A stretch of 27,892 bases of DNA from a virus (lineage: Duplodnaviria; Caudoviricetes): positions 1 to 27,892 of the IMG/VR virus record IMGVR_UViG_3300044448_008510; one strand, given 5' to 3'. Positions 18,498 to 27,339 of this stretch are shown in pieces (the stretch's first letter is position 1; each line of letters opens with the position of its first letter). Position numbers and translations under genes: made by a program. Below the pieces are notes generated by a model. It worked only from the letters and a program-made list of their open reading frames with translations, made no database searches and was not told where the DNA came from.

Positions 18498-19189
18498 TAT
18501 TTTTTTCCTTTATGTTTTCCTGTGTGTAAAAAGTATTTTGTGTTTCTTGAATCTCCTTTAAAATATACAAAGGAAGTATTAGTTTTCCAAATTGAATAGT
18601 TAAAACTTAATTGGTCTCTTTTACTCCCGTATTTTATTTCTTCCCACCACTGTTCCATAATTTTTATACAATCTTTTTTATTATGTTTTCTTAATAATTG
18701 CATAGTAACTGCTAAACTATTATGAGAAGGATATCCTTCATCAGCATATCTTTGTATTTGTTTTTGAATAATATTAGGATCATCTTTATAATTCCCATTC
18801 CTTTTACCAAAGTAAAAAATAGCCTGTGCTTCTTGATATACACAATTTCTAGGATCTAACTGATTTTGATTATGGTCATGTACTGCTATATTTACTTTAT
18901 TTAAATATTCAGGTATTAACTCATTAATATTATTTCTTATTAAGATATTCCCATCCACCCACAAACTATACTCATAATTAGGAAACCATCTATGGGGTAA
19001 AATTTTATATTTTCTAGCATTTCTAGTAGGATCTTTATATATTGCAGGAACTTTTTTAACTTCCCATATATTAGATTTAATATTACTATCAGTAAAACAT
19101 ATAAAATCCCAACCTTCAGGTATAAATTGAGGATCTGGGAGTTCATCATATCCCCCAAATATAGCTGTATAGACTACTTTTTTATTCAT
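18497..19189 (-). CDS. DUF616 (TOD1/MUCI70-like) putative glycosyltransferase
   Basis: VVYTAIFGGYD, FICFTD, KILPHR.FP.YEYSLWVDGN, RNCVYQEA and RDQLSFNY. Confidence 0.85.
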   Translation of the reverse strand: MNKKVVYTAIFGGYDELPDPQFIPEGWDFICFTDSNIKSNIWEVKKVPAIYKDPTRNARKYKILPHRWFPNYEYSLWVDGNILIRNNINELIPEYLNKVNIAVHDHNQNQLDPRNCVYQEAQAIFYFGKRNGNYKDDPNIIQKQIQRYADEGYPSHNSLAVTMQLLRKHNKKDCIKIMEQWWEEIKYGSKRDQLSFNYSIWKTNTSFVYFKGDSRNTKYFLHTGKHKGKK

Positions 19190-20055
19190 ATATAATTTAT
19201 TCCTTTTACAAAATTCATTCCTAAAGAAGATTGCCTCTGAGATTCATAAATTTTAGAATACCTTACTACTAAATGGTTAGTACCACATTGATTACTTATA
19301 TTTATTTTAGCTCTAGATTTAATATAAAGTTGAATTCTTAAACTAACATGCCTTAAATTTAAAATTTTATTTATAAAATTAAAAGGGGTAGTTTTTAAAG
19401 GTTTATAAGACCAATAAAAATAGGGTAAATTATTATCTTTTAATACTTTAGTAAGAACTTTAGTTTCTTTTTGTAAAGTTTTTTTATCTAATTGACCCCT
19501 TTGAGTTCCAAATCTTTCCGAAAGTAAAAAACACCCAAAATTTTTATTTCCTATATATTTTTCAATTATTTGATTTCCTAATTTAATTTCTTTTTCAGAC
19601 CAATATAATTCCGGTTGAGAATCCTTATATTCATCTTCATTAAACTGCCAAAATTTAAGTATTTGTTCCGTAAGTGGAATATCCTTTTTATCTTTGTTAT
19701 AAATTCTATAATGATCATGAAAAATTTCTCCTTTTATTGAATCTTTAAATCCATCCACATAGGGATTATTATTAAAAATATCATACATTAAGTTAGTATC
19801 TACCCCAAATATTTTTTTAACTAATAAAGAAGAAGGAATATATACCTTACAATCTGGATATTTTTCTTTTAATAAACGAGGAATTGCAGATATTATTCCC
19901 CAATCTCCTATACCCCAAGTAGTTCTTAAAACAATAAATTCTTTTTTATTAAGATATTCATCCGGAATTCTTAACCCCTCAGATTCTTCAAAACCTAATT
20001 CATTAGTTTCTTTAATAGGGTAAAGAGTGTTATCTAATATTCTCCAAAATATCAT
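19186..20055 (-). CDS. GT9-like (heptosyltransferase-like, GT-B) glycosyltransferase
   Basis: LRTTWGIGDWGIISAIPRLLKEKYPDCKV, FNNNPYVD, QPELY and ISNQCGTNHL. Confidence 0.65.
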   Translation of the reverse strand: MIFWRILDNTLYPIKETNELGFEESEGLRIPDEYLNKKEFIVLRTTWGIGDWGIISAIPRLLKEKYPDCKVYIPSSLLVKKIFGVDTNLMYDIFNNNPYVDGFKDSIKGEIFHDHYRIYNKDKKDIPLTEQILKFWQFNEDEYKDSQPELYWSEKEIKLGNQIIEKYIGNKNFGCFLLSERFGTQRGQLDKKTLQKETKVLTKVLKDNNLPYFYWSYKPLKTTPFNFINKILNLRHVSLRIQLYIKSRAKINISNQCGTNHLVVRYSKIYESQRQSSLGMNFVKGINYI

Positions 20056-20681
20056 AATGTGTCGTAGTAAGAATTTTGTTTTTCTTGTCTTTCTATTGTT
20101 TTAGGATGTTGTAAAGCTAATTTAGAATGTTGAGGAAGTGGGGCGTAAGTTTTAAACCCTTCTAACTTTTCATGAACCTTATTAACCCATTTGATTTCTG
20201 GTTTGTTTTTCCAAATACGCCATTGATAATCGGGCCAATTTACTCTACCCTCTTTATCTACATTCCATCTCCATTTTGTAATATGTTCTTGGGTTAAACC
20301 AGATACTGTATTTACTCTGGGAACTAAATAAACTTCATTATCAGGATTATTTTTAAATATATCATGTAAACTACCTATTAAAACTTCTGTAATCATTTCA
20401 TCCGCATCTATTTGAAAAATATAATCTCCATTACACATTTCAGTTAATTTATTTTTCATGTTAGCAAAATGACCATCAAAATTATATTTACTCCAAGTAA
20501 ACCAATTAAAATTATCCTTAGTATAGTGGTTTAAAAAAGTTTCAACTTCACTAGTACCATTAATAGAATCAAATAATATTACTATTTCATCCTCTTGTCT
20601 TTTATTTTCTAATAAAAAACCTACTAGTCTTTGAATTTCTTTTAATTCATTACAAACCGGAATTGCATAACTTATTTTCAT
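20052..20681 (-). CDS. GT2-family glycosyltransferase
   Basis: ISYAIPVCNE, DEIVILFD, FANMKN, DYIFQIDADE, WPDYQWRI and WVNKVHE. Confidence 0.88.
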   Translation of the reverse strand: MKISYAIPVCNELKEIQRLVGFLLENKRQEDEIVILFDSINGTSEVETFLNHYTKDNFNWFTWSKYNFDGHFANMKNKLTEMCNGDYIFQIDADEMITEVLIGSLHDIFKNNPDNEVYLVPRVNTVSGLTQEHITKWRWNVDKEGRVNWPDYQWRIWKNKPEIKWVNKVHEKLEGFKTYAPLPQHSKLALQHPKTIERQEKQNSYYDTL

Positions 20682-20684
20682 ATC

Positions 20685-21146
20685 TTAACTAGGTAGTACC
20701 CCAATGTACGAAAGAGCATCCATAAAGTCACGTTCTTCAAATTGTTTCATTGTAGTCATGTCCATTCTATGTTTATAGTATTGATCTTTTTTTCCTGGGA
20801 TAGGATATTTTAATTTTTCTTCTTCTGTTACCTCTACAGCTTTAACTGCTGCCCATTTCCAATTTTTAGTTGTAGATCCATTTGCAAATACCATTCCTTG
20901 TTTTGGTAAATTTACTGTTGAAGGAAACCATACTTGACCTGTTTCGTCTTCATATCTAAGATCTTTATATAACTCTGGTAAAGTAGCTAATTGATCATCC
21001 ATTATTTCCTCTTCTTCTCTCATTAAAGTATTAGATTGAAAACCACAACCATAACAAAAATAATTATTTATATCCTGATTTACTTCAGTTACATAACATG
21101 CATCCGAACCACATCGGGGACATATGTCTAATTTATCTGAGTTCAT
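20685..21146 (-). CDS. Hypothetical protein with N-terminal zinc ribbon
   Basis: CPRC and CYGC pairs; clean ORF with ATGA overlap. Confidence 0.7.
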   Translation of the reverse strand: MNSDKLDICPRCGSDACYVTEVNQDINNYFCYGCGFQSNTLMREEEEIMDDQLATLPELYKDLRYEDETGQVWFPSTVNLPKQGMVFANGSTTKNWKWAAVKAVEVTEEEKLKYPIPGKKDQYYKHRMDMTTMKQFEERDFMDALSYIGVLPS

Positions 21147-22471
21147 GTTTCTATTTTTTTAAGTTTAGGAAGTTTTAATTTTGGAAGTTCAGATTTAGTA
21201 TTTCCTCCTCCTACTTTTTTAAGTTTTGGTAATTGTAAAGGTACCTGTTTAGGAGCAGTTGTTATATTTTCTTTTAATATTTTACTAAATTTTTCTTTCA
21301 TTTTAACATATGTAAAATTTTCTTTAGCAAAATTACCTTGCTGTTTAGCTCCATGAATCCAATTTTTATAATTCTTATGCATATCTTTTAAAGCCTTCCC
21401 TAAAGCCATAGTATCAACATTAAACCATTTAGCTCCATCTACAAACCAATCATTTTTAACACTTTTATGAATATCTCCTAAAGTGCCGGGTAGTAATACA
21501 CTCATATCAGGTTTAAGAAAATCTATATGACCTGACCAGCCTGTAGCTATTATTGGTTTTTTAGTTTGAGTAAATTCTAATAATGGTCTACCAAATCCTT
21601 CTCCTTTGGTAATGTTAACCATACATTTTACTTTAGGATGGTTATATAATTCATTCATTTCTTCATCTAAAAGATCACCATGTATTAAATAAACTTTAGG
21701 TAGTTTACCCTTTACTGTTTTTTTAATATCATTTATCTTTTTTAGAATAATATCCCTATCCATATATGATACTACTCCTCCAGAAGTTTTCATTATAAGG
21801 GCAGGTTGATTTTGTTTATTTTTAAATGTTTCTAAAAATGATTTTACTAATAAACCTACATTTTTTCTATCATGACCAAATGCTCCCTGCATCCAATGTC
21901 CTACAAATAAAAAGCAAAATTGTTCCTTTATCTCTGGTAAGTCTAAATATTCATTAGTTTTTTTCCAAGTTTGTTCATTAAATCCCTCAAATAATACTTC
22001 AGTTTTAGTATTTAATTCTATACTTTTTACTACTTGGTTAGTTTTATTATCTTTTTGTTGAAATTTACTATCTTTTAATACTTGAATAGTATGTTTAGAA
22101 GATCCAACTACCATATTCATTCTATTACACCCTTCTACCCATTCAGCCCTACATAAAGTAGTTTCTATACCTGCTGTCATTCCTATACTATAATGTCCCT
22201 GAGGCATGAATTCATTTGGAATTGTTATTTGCATCCAAATATCTGGTTTTGGGTATTGTTTATTAGGTTCTGGTTGCCATAAATATTTATTTAAAAACTC
22301 CCAATCTTTATGATCTTCTATAAAGCCCCAAGGGGTAGCACCCCATCTTTGCGGCATTATTTTTACATCATATTTATCCATTTCAATAATAGCTTTTACT
22401 ACATCTCTTGATCTTGCTCCATAACCCGAGTAGGTATCTATTGGACAACTTATTATAAATGTTGGTTTCAT
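21143..22471 (-). CDS. GT4-like (GT-B) glycosyltransferase with repeated basic C-terminal tail
   Basis: SGYG, FLFVG, RKNVGLL and KGEGFGRPLLEF...PIIATGWSGHIDF. Confidence 0.85.
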   Translation of the reverse strand: MKPTFIISCPIDTYSGYGARSRDVVKAIIEMDKYDVKIMPQRWGATPWGFIEDHKDWEFLNKYLWQPEPNKQYPKPDIWMQITIPNEFMPQGHYSIGMTAGIETTLCRAEWVEGCNRMNMVVGSSKHTIQVLKDSKFQQKDNKTNQVVKSIELNTKTEVLFEGFNEQTWKKTNEYLDLPEIKEQFCFLFVGHWMQGAFGHDRKNVGLLVKSFLETFKNKQNQPALIMKTSGGVVSYMDRDIILKKINDIKKTVKGKLPKVYLIHGDLLDEEMNELYNHPKVKCMVNITKGEGFGRPLLEFTQTKKPIIATGWSGHIDFLKPDMSVLLPGTLGDIHKSVKNDWFVDGAKWFNVDTMALGKALKDMHKNYKNWIHGAKQQGNFAKENFTYVKMKEKFSKILKENITTAPKQVPLQLPKLKKVGGGNTKSELPKLKLPKLKKIET

Positions 22472-22472
22472 A

Positions 22473-23921
22473 TTAATATACTAAATTATGTGTTTGTACT
22501 TTTCTAATATCTTCATCTGCATCTATTACTTCAAATGCTATCCTAGGTTTCCAGGTATTAAATAACTCATTAGCAAATTTTATAAATCTTTTACCTTGAT
22601 GTTCAGCTGTAAATCCTGCTTCTTCACTTAAGCACCATTCTCTGGCTTTAACACCTAATTCTTTTCTTTTTTCTTCACCTAAATCATACACTTCCCTTAT
22701 CCTATCTGCTGCATCTTCCGGCTTACATCTATCATCCCAAATATAAGGTGTAATAGGTGATCCCTGAATTGATCTTGAAGCAGGATAACATGGAAAAGCC
22801 CATTCACCATGTTTTTTATATTTTCCTGTATTATTTGAAGGTACTTCAGGTGATGGTGTAAACCATTTTCCATTTTCATCTTTAAATCTCATTTGATCTT
22901 GCATCCCACCAGTAACATTAGCTATAATAGGATTACCTGCTAACATTGCCTCAGTTAAGGTTAATCCCCATCCTTCATTTGATGTTAATAAAATTTGACA
23001 ATCAGAAATATTATACAATAAATTTAATTGTTCAGTTGACCATCTTTTTTCATCAATTACTATAGCATTAGGGTATTTATCTCCAAATAATAGCTCACTT
23101 ACTACGGGAAGGTCTGTTCCCGCTTCATGTACTTTTTCAGTATGAAGTAAAAATCTACACTTATCTGCCTTTTCTTTAGGTAAACTATCTAAAAACATTC
23201 TAAATGCCCACATAGTATCTGGGATTTGCTTTCTTCTAATATTTCTAGAATTAAAAAATAAAACAAAATTAACTTCATCTTTACCAAATAACTCAAATTT
23301 CATTTTTTCTATTGCATTTATCTCTTCAGTAGTTTCTAAAGGACGGTAAATATTATGATTTAAACCATGAGGTAAATATTTTACTATTTTATCCTTAACT
23401 TTATCTCCTAATACAATCTTATTAATATTTACTGTTTGTTTTGAAATTCCCATTAATAAATCACATGATTCATAAAATGCTCTATTATATAAGGGAGCGG
23501 GGTAATCGTCCCAAATATTAAGGTATATAATAGGCATATTTTTTCTTATTTCGCCTTCAGCATTAAATAACCACATAAAATATCTTGGATCCGTAATAAG
23601 CATTAAAGCATCTGGTTTTTCTTGATTAATAATTTGTCTTACTAGTTCTATATTACCATAACCATCAACTGGGAACAATTTTATATTAGAATCAGTTAAA
23701 CCCGTTTGTTTATTTACTTCATTAGATAAATCAAACACTTTACCCTTATCTGGGTGTTTAATAGCTCCTGCTATTTGTACCCAGTTAAAATGTTGAGCAG
23801 TATGCATTACTATTTCTTTACCCACTGTGGCTATTCCTGAATGTACTCTAATATCATCACATATTAAGAGTATTTTCTTCCTTTTATCTTTAGGAAGATA
23901 CTTAAAATCTTTATTAATCAT
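22473..23921 (-). CDS. GT4-like (GT-B) glycosyltransferase
   Basis: HSGIATV, PHG, SRNIRRKQIPD and NEGWGLTLTEAMLAGNPIIANVTGGMQDQ (E-x7-E motif). Confidence 0.88.
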   Translation of the reverse strand: MINKDFKYLPKDKRKKILLICDDIRVHSGIATVGKEIVMHTAQHFNWVQIAGAIKHPDKGKVFDLSNEVNKQTGLTDSNIKLFPVDGYGNIELVRQIINQEKPDALMLITDPRYFMWLFNAEGEIRKNMPIIYLNIWDDYPAPLYNRAFYESCDLLMGISKQTVNINKIVLGDKVKDKIVKYLPHGLNHNIYRPLETTEEINAIEKMKFELFGKDEVNFVLFFNSRNIRRKQIPDTMWAFRMFLDSLPKEKADKCRFLLHTEKVHEAGTDLPVVSELLFGDKYPNAIVIDEKRWSTEQLNLLYNISDCQILLTSNEGWGLTLTEAMLAGNPIIANVTGGMQDQMRFKDENGKWFTPSPEVPSNNTGKYKKHGEWAFPCYPASRSIQGSPITPYIWDDRCKPEDAADRIREVYDLGEEKRKELGVKAREWCLSEEAGFTAEHQGKRFIKFANELFNTWKPRIAFEVIDADEDIRKVQTHNLVY

Positions 23922-23931
23922 ATTTTATTTT

Positions 23932-24120
23932 TTATAACTCAAGGTTATTGTGATTATTAATTTGTCTTCTAAAATCATCATCTGTAAGATACAAATAAAT
24001 TGCACGATCGGCAAGTTTCTGGAAAGAAAATTTACGTTTTACGCACTCTATTTTAAAATTTTCAAATAAATCACTTTTAACTTTTACACTGGTTAGTGTC
24101 ATGTCTTTTTTTGCTGTCAT
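23932..24120 (-). CDS. Small ribbon-helix-helix-like DNA-binding protein
   Basis: TLTSVKV (alternating strand) followed by SDLFENFKIECVKRK and SFQKLADRAIYLYL helices. The ATG at 24120 is preferred over the track's 24153 because it leaves an intergenic gap, but the start is uncertain. Confidence 0.65.
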   Translation of the reverse strand: MTAKKDMTLTSVKVKSDLFENFKIECVKRKFSFQKLADRAIYLYLTDDDFRRQINNHNNLEL

Positions 24121-24167
24121 AATCTTTAATTTAGTAAAACTATTTATATCCATACATACGTATAGAC

Positions 24168-25115
24168 TTAAAAATGTTCACCTAATCCACAAAGTTTTTT
24201 ATCGTTTTTATAGGGGCAAAACCCACAGTTCCATTTTGAAGGATTTGGTAACATTTCTTTTGTTGAGTATTCATTTTTTATAAAACATTCACTCATAAAT
24301 TCTTCTATTGCTTTAGTTGCTCTACTTATTTTTATTTTACCCGAAGGTGGAGAATACATTTGAAATCGTTTTTGTGGATAATCCCCCTCAGTATAAACTT
24401 TTCTTCTTGTAATAAAGAACTCAATATCAATATCTTTTATATCTACTCCAAATTGTTCTGCAAAGAATTTTTTGTATAATATAAGTTGGAATTGTTTGTC
24501 TTCATCATTTTTAACATAATTTAATTTCCAACCATTAGTAGATGTTTTAATATCTATTATTTTAAATTTATTTAACCTTTCACTGTACATTACAATGTCA
24601 AGATAACCCATAAATAAAATATTAGGATTATATTTTACAGGAGGCATTAGTACAGGAGTTTCTATTCCTACTAAATGCCAACCTCGTTTTGAAAAATATT
24701 TACCTCTATGTTTTTTTAGGTAATTTAGTATTTCAACTCCATCTTGATAAAATTCACTTAATTCACCTGGATTAGAAAAATGTTGTTTGTTGTTTTTCTT
24801 ATATTCTTCTTGGTAGTGGGCTCTTAACTGATCTTTAAGTATTTCTAATATGTCTTCTCTATCAGCTGCTGCAGCACTTTTTTCATACATTACTTTAATG
24901 TAATGTTGAAATGCCTCATGTAATGCTTTTCCAAATACAGTATGAATACTAGGTGTATATACTTTATGACCATCTCTATATTGTAAAGCCCATTGTTTAG
25001 GACATTTCTTCCACATTGTATATTGTGAATATGAAATATTTTTTTGATAAGAATAGTCTAATTCTCTTTTAGGGGATAATTGTATCTCCTTTACTATAGC
25101 TGGTGTTTTAGCCAT
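24168..25115 (-). CDS. PD-(D/E)xK nuclease, Cas4/RecB/AddB-like, with probable 4-Cys Fe-S cluster
   Basis: ISYSQ...CP, FGKALH, E, GYLD, IIDIKT, QLILY and C-terminal CGFC...C (1+3 Cys arrangement). Confidence 0.88.
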   Translation of the reverse strand: MAKTPAIVKEIQLSPKRELDYSYQKNISYSQYTMWKKCPKQWALQYRDGHKVYTPSIHTVFGKALHEAFQHYIKVMYEKSAAAADREDILEILKDQLRAHYQEEYKKNNKQHFSNPGELSEFYQDGVEILNYLKKHRGKYFSKRGWHLVGIETPVLMPPVKYNPNILFMGYLDIVMYSERLNKFKIIDIKTSTNGWKLNYVKNDEDKQFQLILYKKFFAEQFGVDIKDIDIEFFITRRKVYTEGDYPQKRFQMYSPPSGKIKISRATKAIEEFMSECFIKNEYSTKEMLPNPSKWNCGFCPYKNDKKLCGLGEHF

Positions 25116-25451
25116 TTATTTTTTCCACTTGTTACGTCCTACTAACATACCAATTATACCATAATTAGCTATATCTATAAACGTGTCTTCCATTCCTTCA
25201 CCTTTAACAAAATTTCTACCATTAGTAAGTAAATTTCTTAATCTTGAAATTTTATCTGTTAACCTAATAGCTAAACCTGTTAATGAAAATTTTTTATCGT
25301 TTTCTTTAGTTAAATCCCCTCCTAATGAAATGTTTTGTAAACCATAATCCATATGTTTGGCTGCAAACATTTTATACATTTCATCTTGAATAACTTTAAA
25401 TTCCTGGGATAGTTCAGGGTATTCTTCTTCAAATGCTTTTACTGGGTCCAT
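25116..25451 (-). CDS. DUF1599 / nucleotide-modification-associated domain 1 (Nmad1) protein
   Basis: KHMDYG, IRLTDKISRL.NL and EDTFIDIANYGII. Confidence 0.8.
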   Translation of the reverse strand: MDPVKAFEEEYPELSQEFKVIQDEMYKMFAAKHMDYGLQNISLGGDLTKENDKKFSLTGLAIRLTDKISRLRNLLTNGRNFVKGEGMEDTFIDIANYGIIGMLVGRNKWKK

Positions 25452-25452
25452 A

Positions 25453-25680
25453 TTAAAAAGGTAGTGGTTGATCGCCCCAATATTTATTTAATGTTTCTAA
25501 TTTATCATCAGCTTCGACTAATAATTCTAATGCCTCATTTGCATCTTTAAAAAAATCATTTGCTGTGTGATCACCAATTCCTACCGCTTGGTTTTCTAGT
25601 AAATCTAATGCCATTAAAGCTTTTGATTTATCTGCTTCTGCTTGCCTAATTAAGGCTTCTATAATTTTACTTTTTTTCAT
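25453..25680 (-). CDS. Small helical phage-type hypothetical protein
   Basis: Helical hairpin with a central VGIGDH turn; overlaps its neighbour by ATGA. Confidence 0.7.
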   Translation of the reverse strand: MKKSKIIEALIRQAEADKSKALMALDLLENQAVGIGDHTANDFFKDANEALELLVEADDKLETLNKYWGDQPLPF

Positions 25681-25829
25681 GTTTTCATTACATTTTGATA
25701 TGCTTGTTCGTATTGTTGTTCTAAAGTGAGTTTAGGGTTTTGAAGTTTTAATTTATTTATTTCTTCAAACATTTGTTTTCTTTTTCCATGTTCTTCAGCA
25801 CTCCAAAGTAATTCTTCTAATTTACTCAT
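25677..25829 (-). CDS. 50-aa hypothetical protein (missing from the ORF track)
   Basis: MSKLEELLWSAEEHGKRKQMFEEINKLKLQNPKLTLEQQYEQAYQNVMKT; fills the gap exactly, with ATGA overlaps at both ends. Confidence 0.8.
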   Translation of the reverse strand: MSKLEELLWSAEEHGKRKQMFEEINKLKLQNPKLTLEQQYEQAYQNVMKT

Positions 25830-26251
25830 TTTAATAACTTTTTTATTTCTTTATTATCTAATCCCATCTCTCCTAAAATAACAGGCATCTCTTTATCCGT
25901 TATAACATTAATATATGAACGAGCATCTGAGGTTCCAACCTCATAGTATTCTGCTATTTTTTCTACAAGTTCTTTATTTATCTGCTTATTTTTAGTCTTT
26001 ATATACTGTAGCCAGACTTTACGTTTTGGTATCATTTCTTTATAAAAATTATATATTTCTTTTTTCATAGTTGGTAACATACTTTGCGCATAATCTGCGA
26101 TTTCAACGTAATATACATGCATACTAACAAATCTATGCACCATATATGAATTAAACTTTTCCCAGTCGTTATCCGTAAATTCAGAAGCAGGTGTTTTATA
26201 CAACGTTATGTGTTGTAACCAATCAAATATATTTTTAATCTTATCTTTCAA
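25826..26251 (-). CDS. Putative clamp-loader small subunit (T4 gp62-like)
   Basis: FDWL..I, FNSYMVHRFVSM, YNFY...IP and IAEYY.V....A..YI resemble gp62-like proteins; close to the clamp-loader ATPase. Confidence 0.6.
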   Translation of the reverse strand: MKDKIKNIFDWLQHITLYKTPASEFTDNDWEKFNSYMVHRFVSMHVYYVEIADYAQSMLPTMKKEIYNFYKEMIPKRKVWLQYIKTKNKQINKELVEKIAEYYEVGTSDARSYINVITDKEMPVILGEMGLDNKEIKKLLK

Positions 26252-26497
26252 TTAAATAGTAATGTCTTTATAATCTTCTCTAATTTCTTTAGGTAAAGAA
26301 TCTTTAATTATTTTCTTAGTCTCTAAATCATAAAATACAGGTATTGGGAGCATTGCATCTTCATCTGTCCCTGCTACGAATTTAGATACTTTTCTTAATA
26401 CAAATGCCTGACCGAATAATAATCCTCCGTCAAAACCTTCTATCATTGTTGTATTTTTAAAATCTATATTTAGTCCTTGTTGTTGTGGGCCTTTCAT
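26252..26497 (-). CDS. Phage-type hypothetical protein
   Basis: 81-aa ORF in the operon; F.QAF.LRKVSKF..G...A..PIPVF pattern. Confidence 0.7.
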   Translation of the reverse strand: MKGPQQQGLNIDFKNTTMIEGFDGGLLFGQAFVLRKVSKFVAGTDEDAMLPIPVFYDLETKKIIKDSLPKEIREDYKDITI

Positions 26498-26502
26498 TTT
26501 TC

Positions 26503-27339
26503 TTATTTTATATTATTAATAATTGCTCTTCCTTCTTGTCTTTCCCAATCTCTATCTGTTCTAACATCATTATTTTTACAATCAACTGCTGTTAGCATTC
26601 TTGGAAACACATTTAAATCATGAGCTAGTGATATTAAAGCTTTTATATCTTTAGGAAAACAGTGTCCCCCATACCCAAAGTCACCATCAGGTCCAGGTAC
26701 ACTCCAATGTGAATATCCTAATCTTTCATCTTGAATAGCATACTCAATAATTTTATCATAGTCTATATTTAATTCCTCACATATTTGATACATTTCATTT
26801 GCAAATGATACTTTAGTTGCTAAAAAACTATTAGTAACATATTTAACCATTTCAGCATAAGTTGAATCAGTTTTTATAATTTTAACTTTTGGAAAAGCTT
26901 TTACAAATATTCTACGAACTTGTGAAGTTGGTTTTTTAGGGCCCCCTATTATGATTCTGTTTTGGTTTTTGAAATCATTAACAGCATTTGCTTCAGTTAA
27001 AAATTCAGGATTAAAGACTATTTGTAAATTTTTATATTTTACATTCCATTCTTTAGTAGTACCAGGAGGTACTGTTGATTTAATTATTATGATTTTAGAT
27101 TCTTTTCTTAAATCTAATTTATTTAGAACATTTTCTACTATGTTTAAATGGCATTTCCCATTTTTTTCCATTGGGGTAGGTAAACATGTAAATATAATGT
27201 CTGATTTAGATGCTAATTCATTAAGAGAATTACAAGTAGACGGTAAAGCTATATCATAAGTTTCAATTTTAAAAAAATCCTTTAATCCATTATAAACAGC
27301 ATTACCTACAAAACCTTGTCCTATAATTCCTATTTTCAT
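26503..27339 (-). CDS. UDP-glucose/GDP-mannose 6-dehydrogenase family, short form without the C-terminal domain
   Basis: GQGFVG, CLPTP, KSTVPPGT, FNPEFL, AEMVKY..NSFLATKVSFANE and GYGGHCFPKD (catalytic Cys); 278 aa. Confidence 0.9.
   Translation of the reverse strand: MKIGIIGQGFVGNAVYNGLKDFFKIETYDIALPSTCNSLNELASKSDIIFTCLPTPMEKNGKCHLNIVENVLNKLDLRKESKIIIIKSTVPPGTTKEWNVKYKNLQIVFNPEFLTEANAVNDFKNQNRIIIGGPKKPTSQVRRIFVKAFPKVKIIKTDSTYAEMVKYVTNSFLATKVSFANEMYQICEELNIDYDKIIEYAIQDERLGYSHWSVPGPDGDFGYGGHCFPKDIKALISLAHDLNVFPRMLTAVDCKNNDVRTDRDWERQEGRAIINNIK

Larger units (their letters stand above)
1..23921 (-). other. Glycan biosynthesis/modification island (continues past the left edge)
   Basis: About 28 contiguous co-directional genes, nearly all glycosyltransferases, NDP-sugar enzymes or tailoring enzymes. 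Confidence 0.9.

Noticed and set aside
18940-22879. Nested minus-strand ORFs 18940-19158 and 22697-22879
   Set aside because: Short alternative frames inside clear GT genes, with no recognisable features.
1-23921. Ordinary bacterial O-antigen or capsule locus
   Set aside because: No membrane, export or initiating-transferase genes in 24 kb, and direct continuity with phage-type replication genes. Not fully excluded because the left flank is unseen.
24168-25115. CRISPR-Cas locus suggested by the Cas4-like nuclease
   Set aside because: No repeat-spacer array or other cas genes seen; solo Cas4-like nucleases are common in phages.
141-27259. Plus-strand ORFs in the track (141, 851, 1975, 5165, 10132, 11331, 14120, 24101, 26951)
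   Set aside because: All are antisense shadows of well-supported minus-strand genes, with F/I/L/S-rich composition and no motifs.
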